A stretch of 56,806 bases of DNA, filler included, from Platydemus manokwari (Eukaryota), in NCBI GenBank assembly GCA_037951405.1. It is 5 parts of 5 records of this genome, joined end to end, with 100 filler letters (N's around TTAATTAATTAA, not from the genome) between each part and the next. Parts side by side here need not be neighbours in the genome. Positions count along the whole stretch, not along the records: positions 1 to 10,097 come from JBBMOY011169989.1; positions 10,198 to 19,042 come from JBBMOY011340204.1; 3 more parts are not named here. One strand, 5' to 3'. A program made the translations under genes and the position numbers. The notes beneath the pieces are model-generated. The model did not search any database. It saw only the letters and a program-made list of their open reading frames with translations, and was not told where the DNA came from. Shown here piece by piece: positions 1 through 14,708 of the stretch; within the stretch, counting starts at the first letter, position 1, and the number at the start of each line of letters is the position of its first letter.

Positions 1-3000
1 ATATCAAAAATCAATTTAAAATGTCGGATAGTTTGGCTCTCATTGCTGATCAGTCATAGTCACAACACACTTTCAGAATTATTGGATTTTAACATATTTT
101 TGAGAAATTATATTTGATTTTGGGCTTTAAATTATTTATAGTGGGCTTCCACACTATTTTTTAGCTATGTTTTGGTACTGGATATTTCGCCATATGCTTT
201 CATTATTATAAATTTATCAGGATACTCCGAAATGAATTTGATTGTTATTACCTTAGTTACGTTCTTATATCTTACTCCTTTGTAACTATTTTATATTTAT
301 TGATTATTTGCAAACATTTTTTATAAACATTTCTTTTTGTATCCGCAAGTTTTGGATCCTGATTAGTGTTTATTGCAAGATTTTTCTGACGTTCTAAGAT
401 ATAAATGGATAGGCCTTGTTTTAATTTATTTCAGTGAAATGTGTCTGAATAATGGTGGCAGAAAACGTAGTGTTCTTCTATCTTTTATTAAGCTGATGTA
501 ATGTTACTTACTTAAAACACATTATGTCTTACCACCAAGGTCTTTTAAACACGTAGATTGTGATTTGCATGATTAATTGTAGTATCAGGTTTTTATTTGA
601 GTTTGTGTTGTGCTTTGCTCAGAAAGATATTCGATTTGCACCTGGATTGGTGTTAATAAGTTGATCTAGGTTTTAACAACTTAATTTTAATAATACGGTT
701 TATATTTAAAAAATTACTAATATACATGAAATGATGGTTTGTTGAGATCAACATTTTATTTTTTTCAATGTTTATATGTGAAAGCAATGGTCCTGTGCAA
801 TAAATGAACCCCCAGATTATTTTGTAGACATAGCTCTAAATCATGAATGTCTTATAAATACCTGTATATAAATAAGCGTGTTTTTGAAAGCGCATATCAT
901 CATATATTTAGATCATTCAATGTTACTTACATACACGATCATACACTCCAATAAAATCTGATGCAAGTTGGAGCACTATTTTATGTTTCTCTTTTAATGT
1001 TCAGGATTGGTTTTAAAAGAAAATGCAGCTCTTCTTGGAAGGAGGAGCCATTGTAATTAAAATATATTACATATATATTAGAAGAAAATTGCTAGGTAGA
1101 GTTAGAGATAGATTTCGAATTCTTAACTTCATATTTTTGTCTTTGAAAGCCAACAATTTTTAAATAGCTTTTTCGTCCGAACTCACATAAAGCTGATTTC
1201 CTTAAAATCCTGAAATAATAAAAGTTCCATAAATGTATCATTTCTCTACATTCGCAATGACTTATCCAATTCTGTATGAACAAACTAAACCATTTTTTTT
1301 TATTTTTTAAGCTTCGGTTTGTCAATGACGCTGAATTCTTAAAGATCTTTAAAGAAGCTTTCTCCAAAATCATTTTCATTTATTACAAACTACTGATTAA
1401 ATAAAATATTTTATAAATCCAAGAACAAGCACGGAATAAAATTATGTTTCGAATAATAAATTTAATTACAAATTCAAAGTACTGCTTTATAAATTTTCTC
1501 TGAGGGCTTCAGAATGAAGGTTAAACAATTTAGAAGTGCAGAGAGAGAAATCATCGGTGAGAGAAATTCAGTGGTTCGTGAATATCGTGAATATCGCTTT
1601 AATAAATTAGCGAAATTTAAATTTAAAGGTCTGTACATTATTAAATCTAGATCCCAGCTCAAATTGATCCAGTGAGGATACAATTTAGATGAAGAAGATC
1701 TGTCTGCAGAAAAATTTGAAATACGCACTCGAAAATGTGGTTCAAATAATTTAAGATGATAATTATTTACAAAATAACTGTCACCATGGCAATAATAATT
1801 ATTATTGATTTATTGTTATTATCATTATTTATATGAAATCACTAACAGGTATTCTTATTTATTCTCAAATATGTCAACAAAGATAATTACTGAAATCCAA
1901 ACTCTCCATACATACAGACTCCATACAATCTAAAGTGGCCAAAAACCTCTTAGAGAGATCAATTATAAATACCCTATTTAAATTTAAATATTTATTAAGA
2001 ATTGTTCCTTTACCTTTTAAATTAAATCTAAATTTCGCCAAAAGTCATTAATTGGAGAATATGTTTTTGATCGAGAAGACCAAATGAATCATTTTTACTG
2101 GATGTCACCAAATTTAAGGATATGTTTTTGTCGTATAACTCATTAAATTGAAAATCAATTAATTAATATTCTGAAATCAATTATACAATTTTAATGATTT
2201 TCAGCCAATTATATTGCAATTAATTCTATAGAAATATTAAAAATGAAAATCTGTCAAAATATATGCCGAAATCTTTCTAAAATTATCCAAAAATAACACA
2301 CATAATTAATTAAATAAATTTCAAAACGAATAAATATAAAATTATAGATAAAAATTAATCAATTTTTAAAATATATAAAAAATTTGACTTCAGAATTGAT
2401 TTTTAAAATCAATTTAAAACCCGAAGAAAATCATTGAAAATGAGAATTATTTTGTGGATGCAAATTCCATGAAATCTGGTCTGATTATTGGAATGGGAAG
2501 ACTCAATGAAGAAAGCATTTATCACAAACCATTGTAAAAAGAAAGAAAGAATTTATTGTATCAAATGATCTAATAAATGTTAAACATTGATCAATATATT
2601 AATTTTTCATTTTAATAAAATCAATAATTTGTGTTATTTTAAAAAACTGAAATTAATTTTGATAATATTATTAAAACAAAAGATTTTTATTATCCAAGAT
2701 TTATCATTTAAATTACAAGATAAATTGACAGAGAATCGATAAAAGTTTCACGAATGATTTCTTCAATTACCAAGCTACTTTAAAAAATCTATTGAAGAAG
2801 ACAGCGGTAAAAAATCTGCAGTGTCCAAAAAAGAGTTACAATTTATGTTCACATTTTCAAATATACCACCTCGCTTAATATTACACAAATCGAAAATCGA
2901 TTTAAATTCATTTACAATAGATTATAACAATTGTATTTTGTTTAATAACACTTCACTTGATATCAATATTGATTTAATATAATGAGAATACTTAACATTT

Positions 3001-3356
3001 TAGATTTGAAAAATTTTCGAAAATCTTTTAATAAATATGGATAAATTTGATTGGATAAATTGATGAAATGATCACAATACATATATTGATCATTGCAGTT
3101 CTAATTCCATTAATCATAACTGATGATTAAACCAACAGACTTTAAGGATTGATTTTATTCAATTTTACTCTCATTTTTTCAGCTTGTACAAAATTTTTAT
3201 TGGTTTTTAAATATATACTTTCATTGTGATGAGTTTTCGCGTAAGCAGTGATTTTAAAATTTTCATTGTAATTATATTTTTCTCAAATTTCGCATAAACA
3301 TCTATTTTCATTAAAATATAATTCAATATTAAAATTGTATGAATTAATTCTTTTTC

Positions 3357-3370
3357 GGTACTATGGTAAC
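3357..3370. promoter_or_regulatory. RFX X-box candidate
   Basis: GGTACT-AT-GGTAAC, one mismatch to the X-box consensus; lies between two divergent coding-like tracts. Confidence 0.3.
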
Positions 3371-6099
3371 GAATCTATCAATTTCGGTTACTGATAAATC
3401 AATTTTAATGATTAAAATAACCTTGTTGATAACCAAAATTTGGAAGGTGTCCAATAAAACTTATAAACTAATGATCAGACCTCACACGTCATCAATGGAA
3501 AATAAAATAATATTTTTTCTACTTATCAATTTCTTTCTCTAGCATTGTGACTTTTCGATCTTGGAAAATATGTGAAATCGTGATTACGGTAAATTTTATA
3601 AGAAGAAAATTTTTCAAATTTTTAATTTATTTTTATTTCATTCATGAAGTACAGTTGATATGACATTATTTAGGACATCGAAATCGGACGAAACAGAATT
3701 GAATGGAACCAAGTTCTTATTCTATTCAGAGCATTTCTTTATGGTTTTTTAATTTCGTAAATTTAAATTTTTTTTAATTATAAACCCCTGACATGTTTAA
3801 TAGTCTGATATTACTTGGTTTTTAAAAGTAATTTTAATAATATTAGAGATATCTCGATTTTCTTTTAATGATAACAGTCACTTTTAGTAATCAATAAATT
3901 ATAATTTGACCTACTTGGACTCGTTTATCAAAAAATCCAATTTTACCAGATTTTAAACCTTCGGTGAATATAATATTTAACTTTGAACTTTCGAAAATTC
4001 GGTTTTTAGAAACTTAATTGAGAAATTCAAAACGTTTATAATAAATAAAATTTTAAGTACACAATCTAGATTTTTACCGAACGCTCAATAAATTAAATTT
4101 TATTAACTTGAGTCGATTTTTCATTTCGAATTCCAAAATTTACATATATTTCAGAAATTTTCCAAAGCAATTGAAAAATAACTAATATTAATTAAGTTAA
4201 TTAAATAATTAATTAAATACCGAACTAAAATATGATACAATATAATACAAAAAATTACATACAGATCTCGAATATAAAAATCGATGTAAAGGTGGCAAAC
4301 TGCCAGTTGGAAGCCAGATTTTGGTTGATATTTTGTAGAGTATAGTTCATGTGTAGTACACAAAAAAATACAATATTATATTTATGGTTTGGAGTCAGAA
4401 TTGCTGTGGGCCAAACAAAAAGCATAAGATATGTGAGGAAAATTTAAATGAATAATTTTAATAGTAATTTAATAATAATTTAAATATATTTATAGGCAAT
4501 AAAAGCTCTCTGGAAATTTGTTTAAAAAATCATTGATTTATAAAGGAATTCTTCCATTGAATCTTCATATTTAAGCGAAGTCGCTACTACTCACAAGATA
4601 GTCGATTTAATCCCCAATGATAAACTTTCGAAATTGAAAAAACCTCAAAATAGTATTTATGTGCGAGATTTCATTATAACAGCACAACTTGAAAAAATAT
4701 CCACAAATTCATTGGAGGAAAAACATAACCAAAAATTTTTTCTGAAATATAAAAGCAAGACATTCTAATAAATCAATTCCCAATTTTATAACTGGAATAA
4801 TGACGTAATCAACATCAGATAAATTAATTAAATATTAAAAATTCATCAGAAAAATTTCATTGATTTATTTATTGAATCAACATGTTGAACGAACATAAAG
4901 AAAATGGGAAATAATATCAATTGTATATCCAATTCATATCGATATATCACTGTGTGAGAATTGAACACCAAAATAATGCCATTGATTTTACTTCTCCAGA
5001 TGATTTCTTAATTAAGAAAACTTATCGAGACAAAACGCAGAGAATATAAAAGATTAATCGTATTTATAAAGCTCTTCAAGAATTTATTTTAATGACAATT
5101 CCGTAAGCAATTTAAAGACTCAGAGAAATAAATCAATAGAAAAAATATGTACCAAGAAATCATGCAACATTTACTTGCACACATGCAGGCACACATGCAC
5201 AAATTGTTCTATAGATCTGCCTGCGACCCTGGAATAATTTAAATTTCTGTGAAAATGGTTTCTGCAAACCATGTACTTTAAAACAGTGAAAATCCGCTTT
5301 CCGAAAATCATTAAGTATTATCGAAAAGAGTTGATCAAAGATATGACATTTTATTTCTGGGATATCGGTAGGATGCATTAAAGCCTTAAATTCGCTCGCT
5401 ATGTATACAACACAAATTTGAACACCAATTTGAAGTTGAATAATGGGAAAATTCTTACAGAAAAAAAATAATTTTCAATTTGTCGAAATCATTTATTGGG
5501 TGAAAAAAATCAATGGGAAAAATGTATTTTCCACAAATCTATGACAGGGAACTAGATTAACTGATATTGATTATTGATCTTATTTTCTTTCAAATGAAAA
5601 AACACCTGAAATAATAAATGTAAAAAAAATGACTATTGAATAAGTGTCTATTTTAAATAAATTTAAATCCAATCAGAAAATAGATATTATAAATCATAAA
5701 TAAATACAAGTCACTCTAGTAAACCCCACCATGACAAGAAGTGGTTAATCATAAAACCCTGATTTTATTATTTGTTGAATAACGATATTCATAGAATGCA
5801 ATTTGTTCTGATAGTAATTAGCGTTAAAGATCAATCAGATCTGGGTTAATCGATACTTAATTGACAATATTGGATATTAAATATCAATATCTCAGAGGTT
5901 TTCAACCTTTTTGAGGGCAGAGAACACTTTAAAAGCACACGTTTCGTCGTGGAACCAAACTCATTTTATTCTTAAAAATAAACGTCAATAAATTTCGTGA
6001 ATATTAATGGAAATATGGGTGTATTTCGACACGATGTTTCAGAATAGAACAGATGAAAATGTCGATACTAGCTTTAGTTTTGTTATCTACATCAATGGA

Positions 6100-6520
6100 T
6101 CCGAGATAACCAACCGAAAATGAGTTTTTGAATGAAAGATCTGTCAGAAAAACATTTGAAAATGCTGTTCCTATCTACTTGATACGTAAGTTCCATTGGA
6201 TATTAACGCTAAACTTCTGATTCAAACACCAATCAGTACTAACTGGATAAATGCCTCGAATCCATGGTAGCAATTAATTCTTCATTTCTTTGTATGTTAC
6301 TCTAACTAAACCCAAATATCTATAAAAAAACTGCCATTTAGAATTGTTAAAATAATTTAATGCTTTGAAACCATAAATCGTTTGAGTTGAAAATACCAAT
6401 AATGATCTTAATATGTACCACAAAATCCTTCTGACTCAGAATTAGTAATTTTTGATTTGAACAGCTTTTCATCCATGAAGTCGTCTATGAAATATACTTT
6501 CTGGTCAAATCAAAATTTAA
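6100..6520 (-). mobile_element. Possible non-LTR RT relic
   Basis: Minus strand has FMDEKLF (cf. FMDDLKLF) followed about 150 nt later by FYRYLG; frames are broken. Confidence 0.35.
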
Positions 6521-9519
6521 ACACTCGTATCAACGAATTAAAATTGGAATTTCATTATCGAAATAAATCACATTAAAATTTCGGCTTAAGTTATGAAAAT
6601 ATGTCCTTTGACCTACTTTCATAATAATGAATTTTCGTACACGAGATAATTTTATAACTTAATTTCATATATAATTGCGATATTTGATTTATTCGTATAA
6701 TTCAGTTAATATTTCATTTTTTTAGGATGTCTTGCTCTAATCACAACACTTCTATATGATTACTTGAATTTATAAATTCATTCTTATAATTATAAATCGA
6801 GTTAGTTAATTACAGACATGTTTAATAATATCATTGGTTATTTTTATAAAATAATTGTGAAATTGAGAATATCTCTCAATATGATTCTAATGTTAGAAAA
6901 GAAGTCTTCTCTAATTTCTAATAAATTGCAATTCTACCTACTTTTTTCATTTTTTCAAATAATTAAAATTTTAGTAGATTCTTCAGGACTCGTTTGTTTA
7001 ATATTTGATTTAAAACAATTAAAATTCTTCTAAAGTATTTAAATAAAAATTTCAAAATTTTTTTAAAGAATACTAATTAAATAGATTAATAAAATTTTTC
7101 AATACATTCAACAAATTTAAAATTTCATTTTAGGGACGTATTTTTAACTTAAGCTAATTATATAAGTATATATAAAATTGGTTTTTGAATACACCAGTAA
7201 CATAAAATAGAAAGAAATTTGTCAATGAACTAGTCTTCACAGTGCTTTAAAAAATACAAATCAAAATTTTCAGACAAACAGTTGACACACACGACAAATC
7301 TATACAAGGAGAGTGTATGTGTATTGACGAATATATTGAAAGTAAGTGAATAGTCATTTGTCAATAATATTTTTCTGGTATTTAGTTTCAATATTATAGT
7401 GGAAAGTTCTCTTAGACATCTATGAATATTTTAAAAATTATTTTGGAAGTAGAAAATGTTGTTAATATATTGGAAATTATAATTCTGGACCTAAAATCAG
7501 ATATCGAAAGTAACATAGATTTTCGGACGCATATGATTTTGAAAAAAATTAAGTGCAAACAAATTACTGATGGTACAAAATCATGAACCCACTAAATCAA
7601 ACTAATTAAAAAAACAAGATAATAAAAATTAAAAAAACCAAAAATAAGTGAAAATAATTAAAAGCAGAGATGTTTAAAGAAAGAAATAAATAAAGAAAAA
7701 ACAATTATTTTTTCTAAAAATAAATATCAAAGTAAAATAATATGATAAATAAATAATTATTAAATAATTTAGTTTGTTTATTTATATCAAATAATTAAAA
7801 ATAGTAAATAATTTCCGAATTAGGAAATTATTGATTATTGATGGTCAACCCATGTAAACCCAATAGTTGAAAATTTGTTCCACAGTGGTGTTAGCAAATT
7901 ATGTATATAAAGAATGGTAATTAAAAGACGATTACCATCAGAGAGAGAAGAAAAATATTGGAATAGATTTTCTGAAAGCAAATTCAGAAATTAATATTAT
8001 TCATGTCACCTTGTGTAATTTTGAGAATATTTGTTATATTCGAGGACAGTAATCCCAATTCTTGTTGTTGTATCAGATTGAAATTGTATTAGATATTCGA
8101 GAGTAGTTAGTTATTCCGAATATCGCTAGATGGAAATTAATAGAAAATGTTGAGCTTACGTGATGGTATTTACGAACACTGGTACTAATTGTGTCGCAGT
8201 AGTATCAAGGCTAGTAGTTGTAAGGCCAAGACCAGATCCTCTACCGATAGTATCAAGGGGTTTACCGACTTATTGCACTTTTATTTGACAATAATATTTC
8301 AAGATTTGACCCTTGTACATTTGAGGTTCTATAAATGAGTGAAAAGAACTGCGAGATGATATAACATCTAATTATTTGTAAGAATTCTCCGCAAACCTTG
8401 ACAACTTTTAAAATATCGTTTAAAAAATGAATTAATATGTTTGAAAAATATTTATAATTGCTTCAATAAATATTTCAATTATTATTATCATTATTATTAT
8501 TGTTATTATCCCAATTATTAATATTAATCACATTATTATTTTATTTCCACACTAACGAACTTGAAAGCAAATCACCATGAATCCCCTGATATACATTTGA
8601 TATGATAAACTCTGTCTTTGCGAAGCCATATAGTTGGAAGTGAAACAAATATTTTCATCAAAAATCGATTCCCTTCGAAGTTATGGAAATCGACAAGCGA
8701 TAAAAGCCTTAAATAAGTATCAGAATTTTTAAATATTATCTAAGCATCCAGACAATCGTCAGACATTTATTGTCATTGTCTGCCTAATGAAATAATTGGC
8801 AAACCTCAATTGGGAAACCTATTAAATAGAGGGATTACTCTCCTCCAATTGCATATGAGATTTTTTATAACTGCTAGTACAATTTCGTTTTTATTTAGAC
8901 TCGATCAGTTACCAAATCGATTATACACTCAAATTTATTTTCGATAATTTCTTTGATTTCTGGTTAAGCACATATGTTGATGCTCTTTTACTTCTCATAG
9001 CAATTCTTTAGATGAAGCATGATGAGCAATCATTGAAAATGGGGTGTACATCTATTTTTATGTAAACCATACTGTTAATTTTATGAGAAATTTGTTTGCG
9101 TTTGTTAGGAAAAAAGAGATCGGAAATATTACACGTATTTGTAACGATTAATACAAATCAAAAAAGTAAAGATGAAAGAAATAGTATTTTCTTTTGCTTT
9201 GTTAAAAGGTAATAAATAATTTCTCAATCTTTCAAATAAATTATTACTAGTACTATTATTATTAATAATAATGGCAATACTATTAATATTGTTCGAGTTA
9301 TTAACATAAAGATCAGGGTTTCAAAAAAAAATTTAAATAAATATGTAAATTAATACTAAGCAGGTAACAATCATAAAAATTTGATCCATATCAGCTTATT
9401 ATTTAAATCGGCTTACTTACGGCATTTTATCTGCCTGGTTATTTATGCTTGAAGTTTGTGTGTATTTTTGTGTGTCACATTTTAATTGAATATTTTGTTG
9501 TTCCAATTTCAATTATCCA

Positions 9520-9680
9520 TTTTCTATGATCGGTCAATTCCTACATGTGGATTGTCATGTAGTTTTATCATTTTAAGAATTGGAATCTTCAATGTATGTC
9601 TTCTCTGATAGGCTGGTTGCTAGATGTATGAATGGTCTTGAAGATATCTGAATTTAAACTTCAAAACAAGGATTTCAAGC
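9520..9680 (-). mobile_element. Possible LTR-retrotransposon integrase zinc-binding relic
   Basis: Minus strand reads KLHDNPHVGIDRS (cf. LH..H.GI.RT of the integrase HHCC region); short and degraded. Confidence 0.35.
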
Positions 9681-10097
9681 TGCCGAAAACATATATTTTG
9701 GGGATTTTCATCTCTATTCAACAATATAATAAAAAATAATAATAATACTAAAGATTATGAATATAATATGTAAGAAAATAATTTAAATATTAGTATTAAG
9801 AATCGTGATAATGTTTATAAATATAATAATTTGTATAAAAATACCGAATATAACCTGTAGCACATATTACCTTCAAAACAGGATAAATTTTGAGAGTTAT
9901 TTTTTAATCTTATAAGCTGCAGCATGTGTTAGCTAAACCGGTTTCATTGTACCAAAACAAACACGCAACAATAAACTGGTTTGAATTTTTTGAGAATTTC
10001 AAGGTTATAATATTGTTATCATTACTGTGAGGATTTATTAAAATAATTAAAAATATTTTTATAATGTTATTAAAAAAAAATGTTATAATTAAAATTT

Positions 10098-10197
10098 NNN
10101 NNNNNNNNNNNNNNNNNNNNNNNNNNNNNNNNNNNNNNNNNTTAATTAATTAANNNNNNNNNNNNNNNNNNNNNNNNNNNNNNNNNNNNNNNNNNNN
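10098..10197. other. Artificial contig spacer (44 N + TTAATTAATTAA + 44 N)
   Basis: Exactly 100 bp; the palindromic 12-mer gives stops in all six frames; identical at four sites. Confidence 0.97.
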
Positions 10198-11329
10198 ATA
10201 ATTTTTATTAATAACTTTTTGCCTTGGTGAATTCTTGGATTAATAACTGATGTAAAAGAAAATAATAATTATAAATTAATATTTATATTTATTTGAAATA
10301 CGGTTTAAAACATAAAAAAATATAATGTTAAGCAATGATATAATATAAGCAATTTAGGGAATCTAATAATTATTATTATTATTAAATTATAATTATTTAT
10401 GAATATTTTTATAAGGCGTTCTAAAGAAATGTAACAAAATTAAATTTTATTGTGAGCCAATGAAAGCTCAATTATTGGAGCTATAAATATAGAGTAGAAA
10501 CACCATAACTTTCGCGCCAAAAGAATTTCTGGAAACCACTTGACTACGTACTTGAAGTACATTTGTTCAACAACCACATTTTGCATTCACGAAGCCATTT
10601 CAGATTTACTTGAGTTAGACCATTTGTTAAAATACTAATCGGTACATATCGTTTATTGTCACAGTATAGAGCTCTGTCTCAATGAACCCTCTTCGGTAAT
10701 TGGCTCTTCTCCGTTAGTGGAAGTTTGTTAACCGTATCTTCATCCAGAACTTCGTCAATGCAAGCCTAACCTATTGTTGTTGTAGTAATTGTTATTGTAA
10801 TAAATATTTGGTGTATCAAACTGCTTGTTTACTTATTCAAGTGTTAATAGCATAGGAAATATTGTTAAATATAAAAAAAATATAAAAAAATATATAAAAA
10901 ATATAAAAGATCATTGTTGTCCCATCAAATAATATCGTGGGGCACGAGGCAAATAAAAGAAAATATAATAAGATTTCTAATTGTGCCTTGGGCTTGATTA
11001 CAACTCATAGAAATTGATCAAGACAACATTGATCTTCAAAGAATAATAAATAGTTTTTGAAGCTGATAAAAAAGAATAAAAACCAGCAAGCCCAAGCACA
11101 GTATATTTAAGAAATAATAGTCAAATTATGACAGATTAAATTCTTTGGAAAAGAATTATTACAGACAATAAGTATTTAAATTTAAATTGATGAGTAGATA
11201 AAAGAAACCTATTTCGTTTTAAAATAGATCAAGCAATTAAAAATATATAATAAAAATGTTTTAAATAACAAAAATAGTTAAATAAATAAGTAGTAAAAAG
11301 AAGATTGTAGATTTCCACATGTGCATAAT

Positions 11330-13328
11330 TAAATTTATTAGCTATATACACCGTAGAAACATAGGGCTGTCGTAGATATTTATTTAAACAAATAATGGGA
11401 ACAAAAGGATGGTCTATAACCTCAATTGTGCCAAAACATTTACAACAAACGCATAATATCTGCAACCAAATCAGCCTCATGAACTCAGCAATTTTCCTGT
11501 TACCATAAACTCACAAGCCCCTCCATTGAAGCCTGATTCTTAAATAAAATGTTGGTAATAAGGCAGATAAATTCATCAAACCAAAACCAAGACTTCGAAA
11601 CTTTTTACCTTCATTTCAAAAACTTTCAATATTGAAAATTGCTTTTTGGCTAATCCATTGGAATGGTAACCACTGAAAACTAGATATCACTGATCAAACC
11701 AAATCATGCTCATTGTTCATCGATCATGCAACCCAATACTTATCAAATGGCCATAAATCACTCTGGAATAAACTGGAATCACTGCTGCAAAACTTTCAAA
11801 CAAGTTAAAGAATCCATCAACAAATCATCATTTATCGGCCTTCCAAAGTATTCCAACACATATGACTATGATCTGAAGTAATCAAAAACTTGAAAGCCAA
11901 TTCTAATGACAATGTACAAATGCGAACCATTGCTTAAATTGCTAAACATCAAATGAACCATCTAGATTCGCCCGGTAAAAGCTTATAAACCATCCGTTCC
12001 TCATTTTTCTGACCAACCTAGATCGGACTACAAGCTTAGAAGTCAATTTCTTACGGAGCTCTAAAAAGAATTAGAAACATCCTTTCATCCACAGAACCTC
12101 TTAAACAGAACTGATCTTACATTATTAGGAGAATCTATGCAAGTTGAGGACAGCATCAACCTGTATAAATAACTAGGCGTTCCATTTGTTCTTCCGAAAC
12201 ATACACCTGTCAATGATATTCTTCAATCAACTATTACCTAGTTTGAAGTAATAGCAGAAACTTCATCCACCACAGAATCTCCAAGTATGGAATATCATTT
12301 TACATATCAGAATAAAACACGTCGAAACAAAGTTACTAGACTTTTGCATTCTCATCACAAACAGAGAGAACCTGTCCAATCATAAAAAAATTATAAAAAA
12401 TTCGGTGCCATTTGTCGAAAAATTTACATCGAATTCAATCACCACGACACATAAATCCAATTGAAGATAACTTTCAACCCGGATAAGACTCAAATTTTCT
12501 CAAAGTACAACTGTGAGACAAACAAATTTTTTCTTCAACAAATGGTCAATGATGAAAAAGCAAGGCAGACTGGTACACTGCTTCTCGGTCTCATATTTAT
12601 TACAAAAACCTTTAAAAAATTTCAATTTATCGCCAGAAGCTTGGATTTTAAAGCACTACGCCCGGAACAATCTATTGTTGCTTAGCTTCAAACCATACTT
12701 TATTAAATTGAACAAATCAACTTTAAGCCGCCTCTTTAACATCGAACAAGAAACTGACGCATATATCTCCATTCATTGCACAGTTGTACCAGGCTAGACT
12801 TCGTAAAGACACGCAAGTCTTTTGGACCACTTCGGGAATTATTCGCAATCTCTAAGGTACAAAACCAATATTGACTCTACACCTCCACAATCAACTACAA
12901 AACTAAGATCAGACCCTATCATCACGAATAAGATCAAGTACCATAATTAGATCGTAGATCTAGAAATACCTTTTGATATAATGAATAACTTTGAACGTTA
13001 CCGGAACGTGAAATACGAAAAATTGAAGAATATGGTGGCTGAAATTAGCAAGAAAACACGATTCAACAATAGCCTAGGTGTTATCTGCATTGAAATTCTC
13101 AGGTCATGGGAGCCACAAAATAGCGAAGTCCTATCAAACATCTGTCTGGATAAATCACAGATAACCTTTATCCCCAACTTCCTAATGACCCTCTTGCTGA
13201 GGGATGCCTTTGCAACACACAAGGCTCACGCCAATCTGAGGAAAATGAAAAACCCTTGTGAAAACGAGCCTTCAATTAAATTACTAACACTACATATCAA
13301 AACTGACAATGCAAGCCTGCAATACTAA
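11330..13328 (+). mobile_element. Decayed non-LTR retrotransposon with restriction-like endonuclease (R2/NeSL-type)
   Basis: RT relics LKITFNPDKT (12461) and LRPEQ; degenerate CCHC knuckle RLFNIEQETDAYISIHC...RH (about 12727-12815); REL endonuclease LRSDPII...IVDLEIPFD (12903-12977) continuing into RNVKYEKLK...IEILRSWEPQN (ORF 12981). Many stops; the 5' boundary is approximate. Confidence 0.75.
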
Positions 13329-14290
13329 CAAGAAACAATAAGAATTTTAATAGAGGAAACTACAAATGTGTATTGTATAAATCAAGAAATTGATTGTATA
13401 AAAACTATAGCCCGACATAAGTACTTCTGTCACCACGTCGTGAAGATTTTGATGTTGATTGATTAGTTTGCTTTTATAAATTTAAGTTTTTTCTTGTCTC
13501 AATTACTATATTTATTAAATATATAACATTTAGAGTTATAAAATACTAAAAATTTGAATCCATACACTTAATTTTAGTAATTAAAAACTTTCAAGATTAA
13601 TTGTTTAAGTTAGTCATTGTTACAAAATTTTAATTCATCGTTTAAAGTTATTTTTTAAATTTTGCATAAATTTTGTGAATTTGTGTACAAAGAATAACAT
13701 CATTATTGTAAAATTAAATTTTAATAATATTGCGTTGTGATAGAATTTTATTTCTAGAATAGATGAAATCAAATACGATTATTTTTTTAAAACGAAATGA
13801 TGGAATCTGTCCAAATGTCATGAAATCGCTAATCGCAGTCTATTCGAAAGAAGTCTCTGAATTTTTATTATTGAAAATGTCATAAAACATATCTGTTCTA
13901 CCGATTTAATGTCAGAGTCTTTAACCATTTTTATAAAGATTAAACTTGGCCTTTTTTAACTTATTTTGTTTTTTAATTCAACTTTGAAATTTATTTTCAT
14001 CGAAATAGCTGATTCATTAATGAAATATTCAGTAGAAAAATAAAAAATACCGTTTATAGCAGGTAAAAGTAATTCACTAAAATCTGAAATAAGTAACAAG
14101 ATTTGAAAAGTAAAGATTACTACATCCTAATAAGTAACGATATTAATCATAGTTAAATCATTGACATTGTTATGCATTCGTCTAAATTATGTCAACGAAA
14201 ATTTTCAATAACAAATAAATTAAAATATCTCAAAACAAATTTTAAAAATTAAAATAACGAATTTATAAAATAGCATTTTCTGATCATTAT

Positions 14291-14708
14291 TCAAGCATTT
14301 TTATCGGATTCAATCTGATCATCACAAAGTCTAACGCTGTTAAACAATTCTAAAAGTTGCATTAATTGTTCATGTCGAAAATTATCCAGTTTATCTGAAC
14401 CCAATTCATTACCAATTTCATGTCTCGGTTGACGAACTTGCTCAGCTAATGTAGCTGCATAATTCTTAATAATAACATTATAACGATTATGCGTATAAAA
14501 AATTTAGACATACATTCCATTCGATCATAAATTTCGGCACAAATATCGGCTCTGCAATTTTATGCTTTTTGAATTCCTGTCGTACATAAGAATCACCAAG
14601 TGATCTCAGTTCAATAGGTAGAAATCTGTGTAATCGTAAAATGAATTTATACAAGAAAACGACACGATATTTATGACTGAAATTAGACATTATGCTTTTA
14701 TTTTGCAT
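14291..14708 (-). CDS. SDHAF3: Succinate dehydrogenase assembly factor 3 (ACN9/LYR-motif family), 2 exons, complete
   Basis: Exon 1 14708-14514, 49-nt GT-AG intron 14513-14465, exon 2 14464-14291 ending in TGA. Spliced protein has LYKFILRLHRFLPIELRSLGDSYVRQEFKKHK...FMIEWNNYAATL...LDNFRHEQLMQLLEL, matching the LYR/ACN9 pattern. The start could instead be the ATG at 14690. Confidence 0.93.

Noticed and set aside
5893-5960. CAGAGGTTTTCAACCTTTTT as a hAT/Charlie-like terminal repeat
   Set aside because: No partner inverted repeat or target-site duplication could be located.
10142-10153. TTAATTAATTAA palindrome as a biological repeat or recombination site
   Set aside because: It is always centred in exactly 44+44 Ns, so it is an assembly linker.
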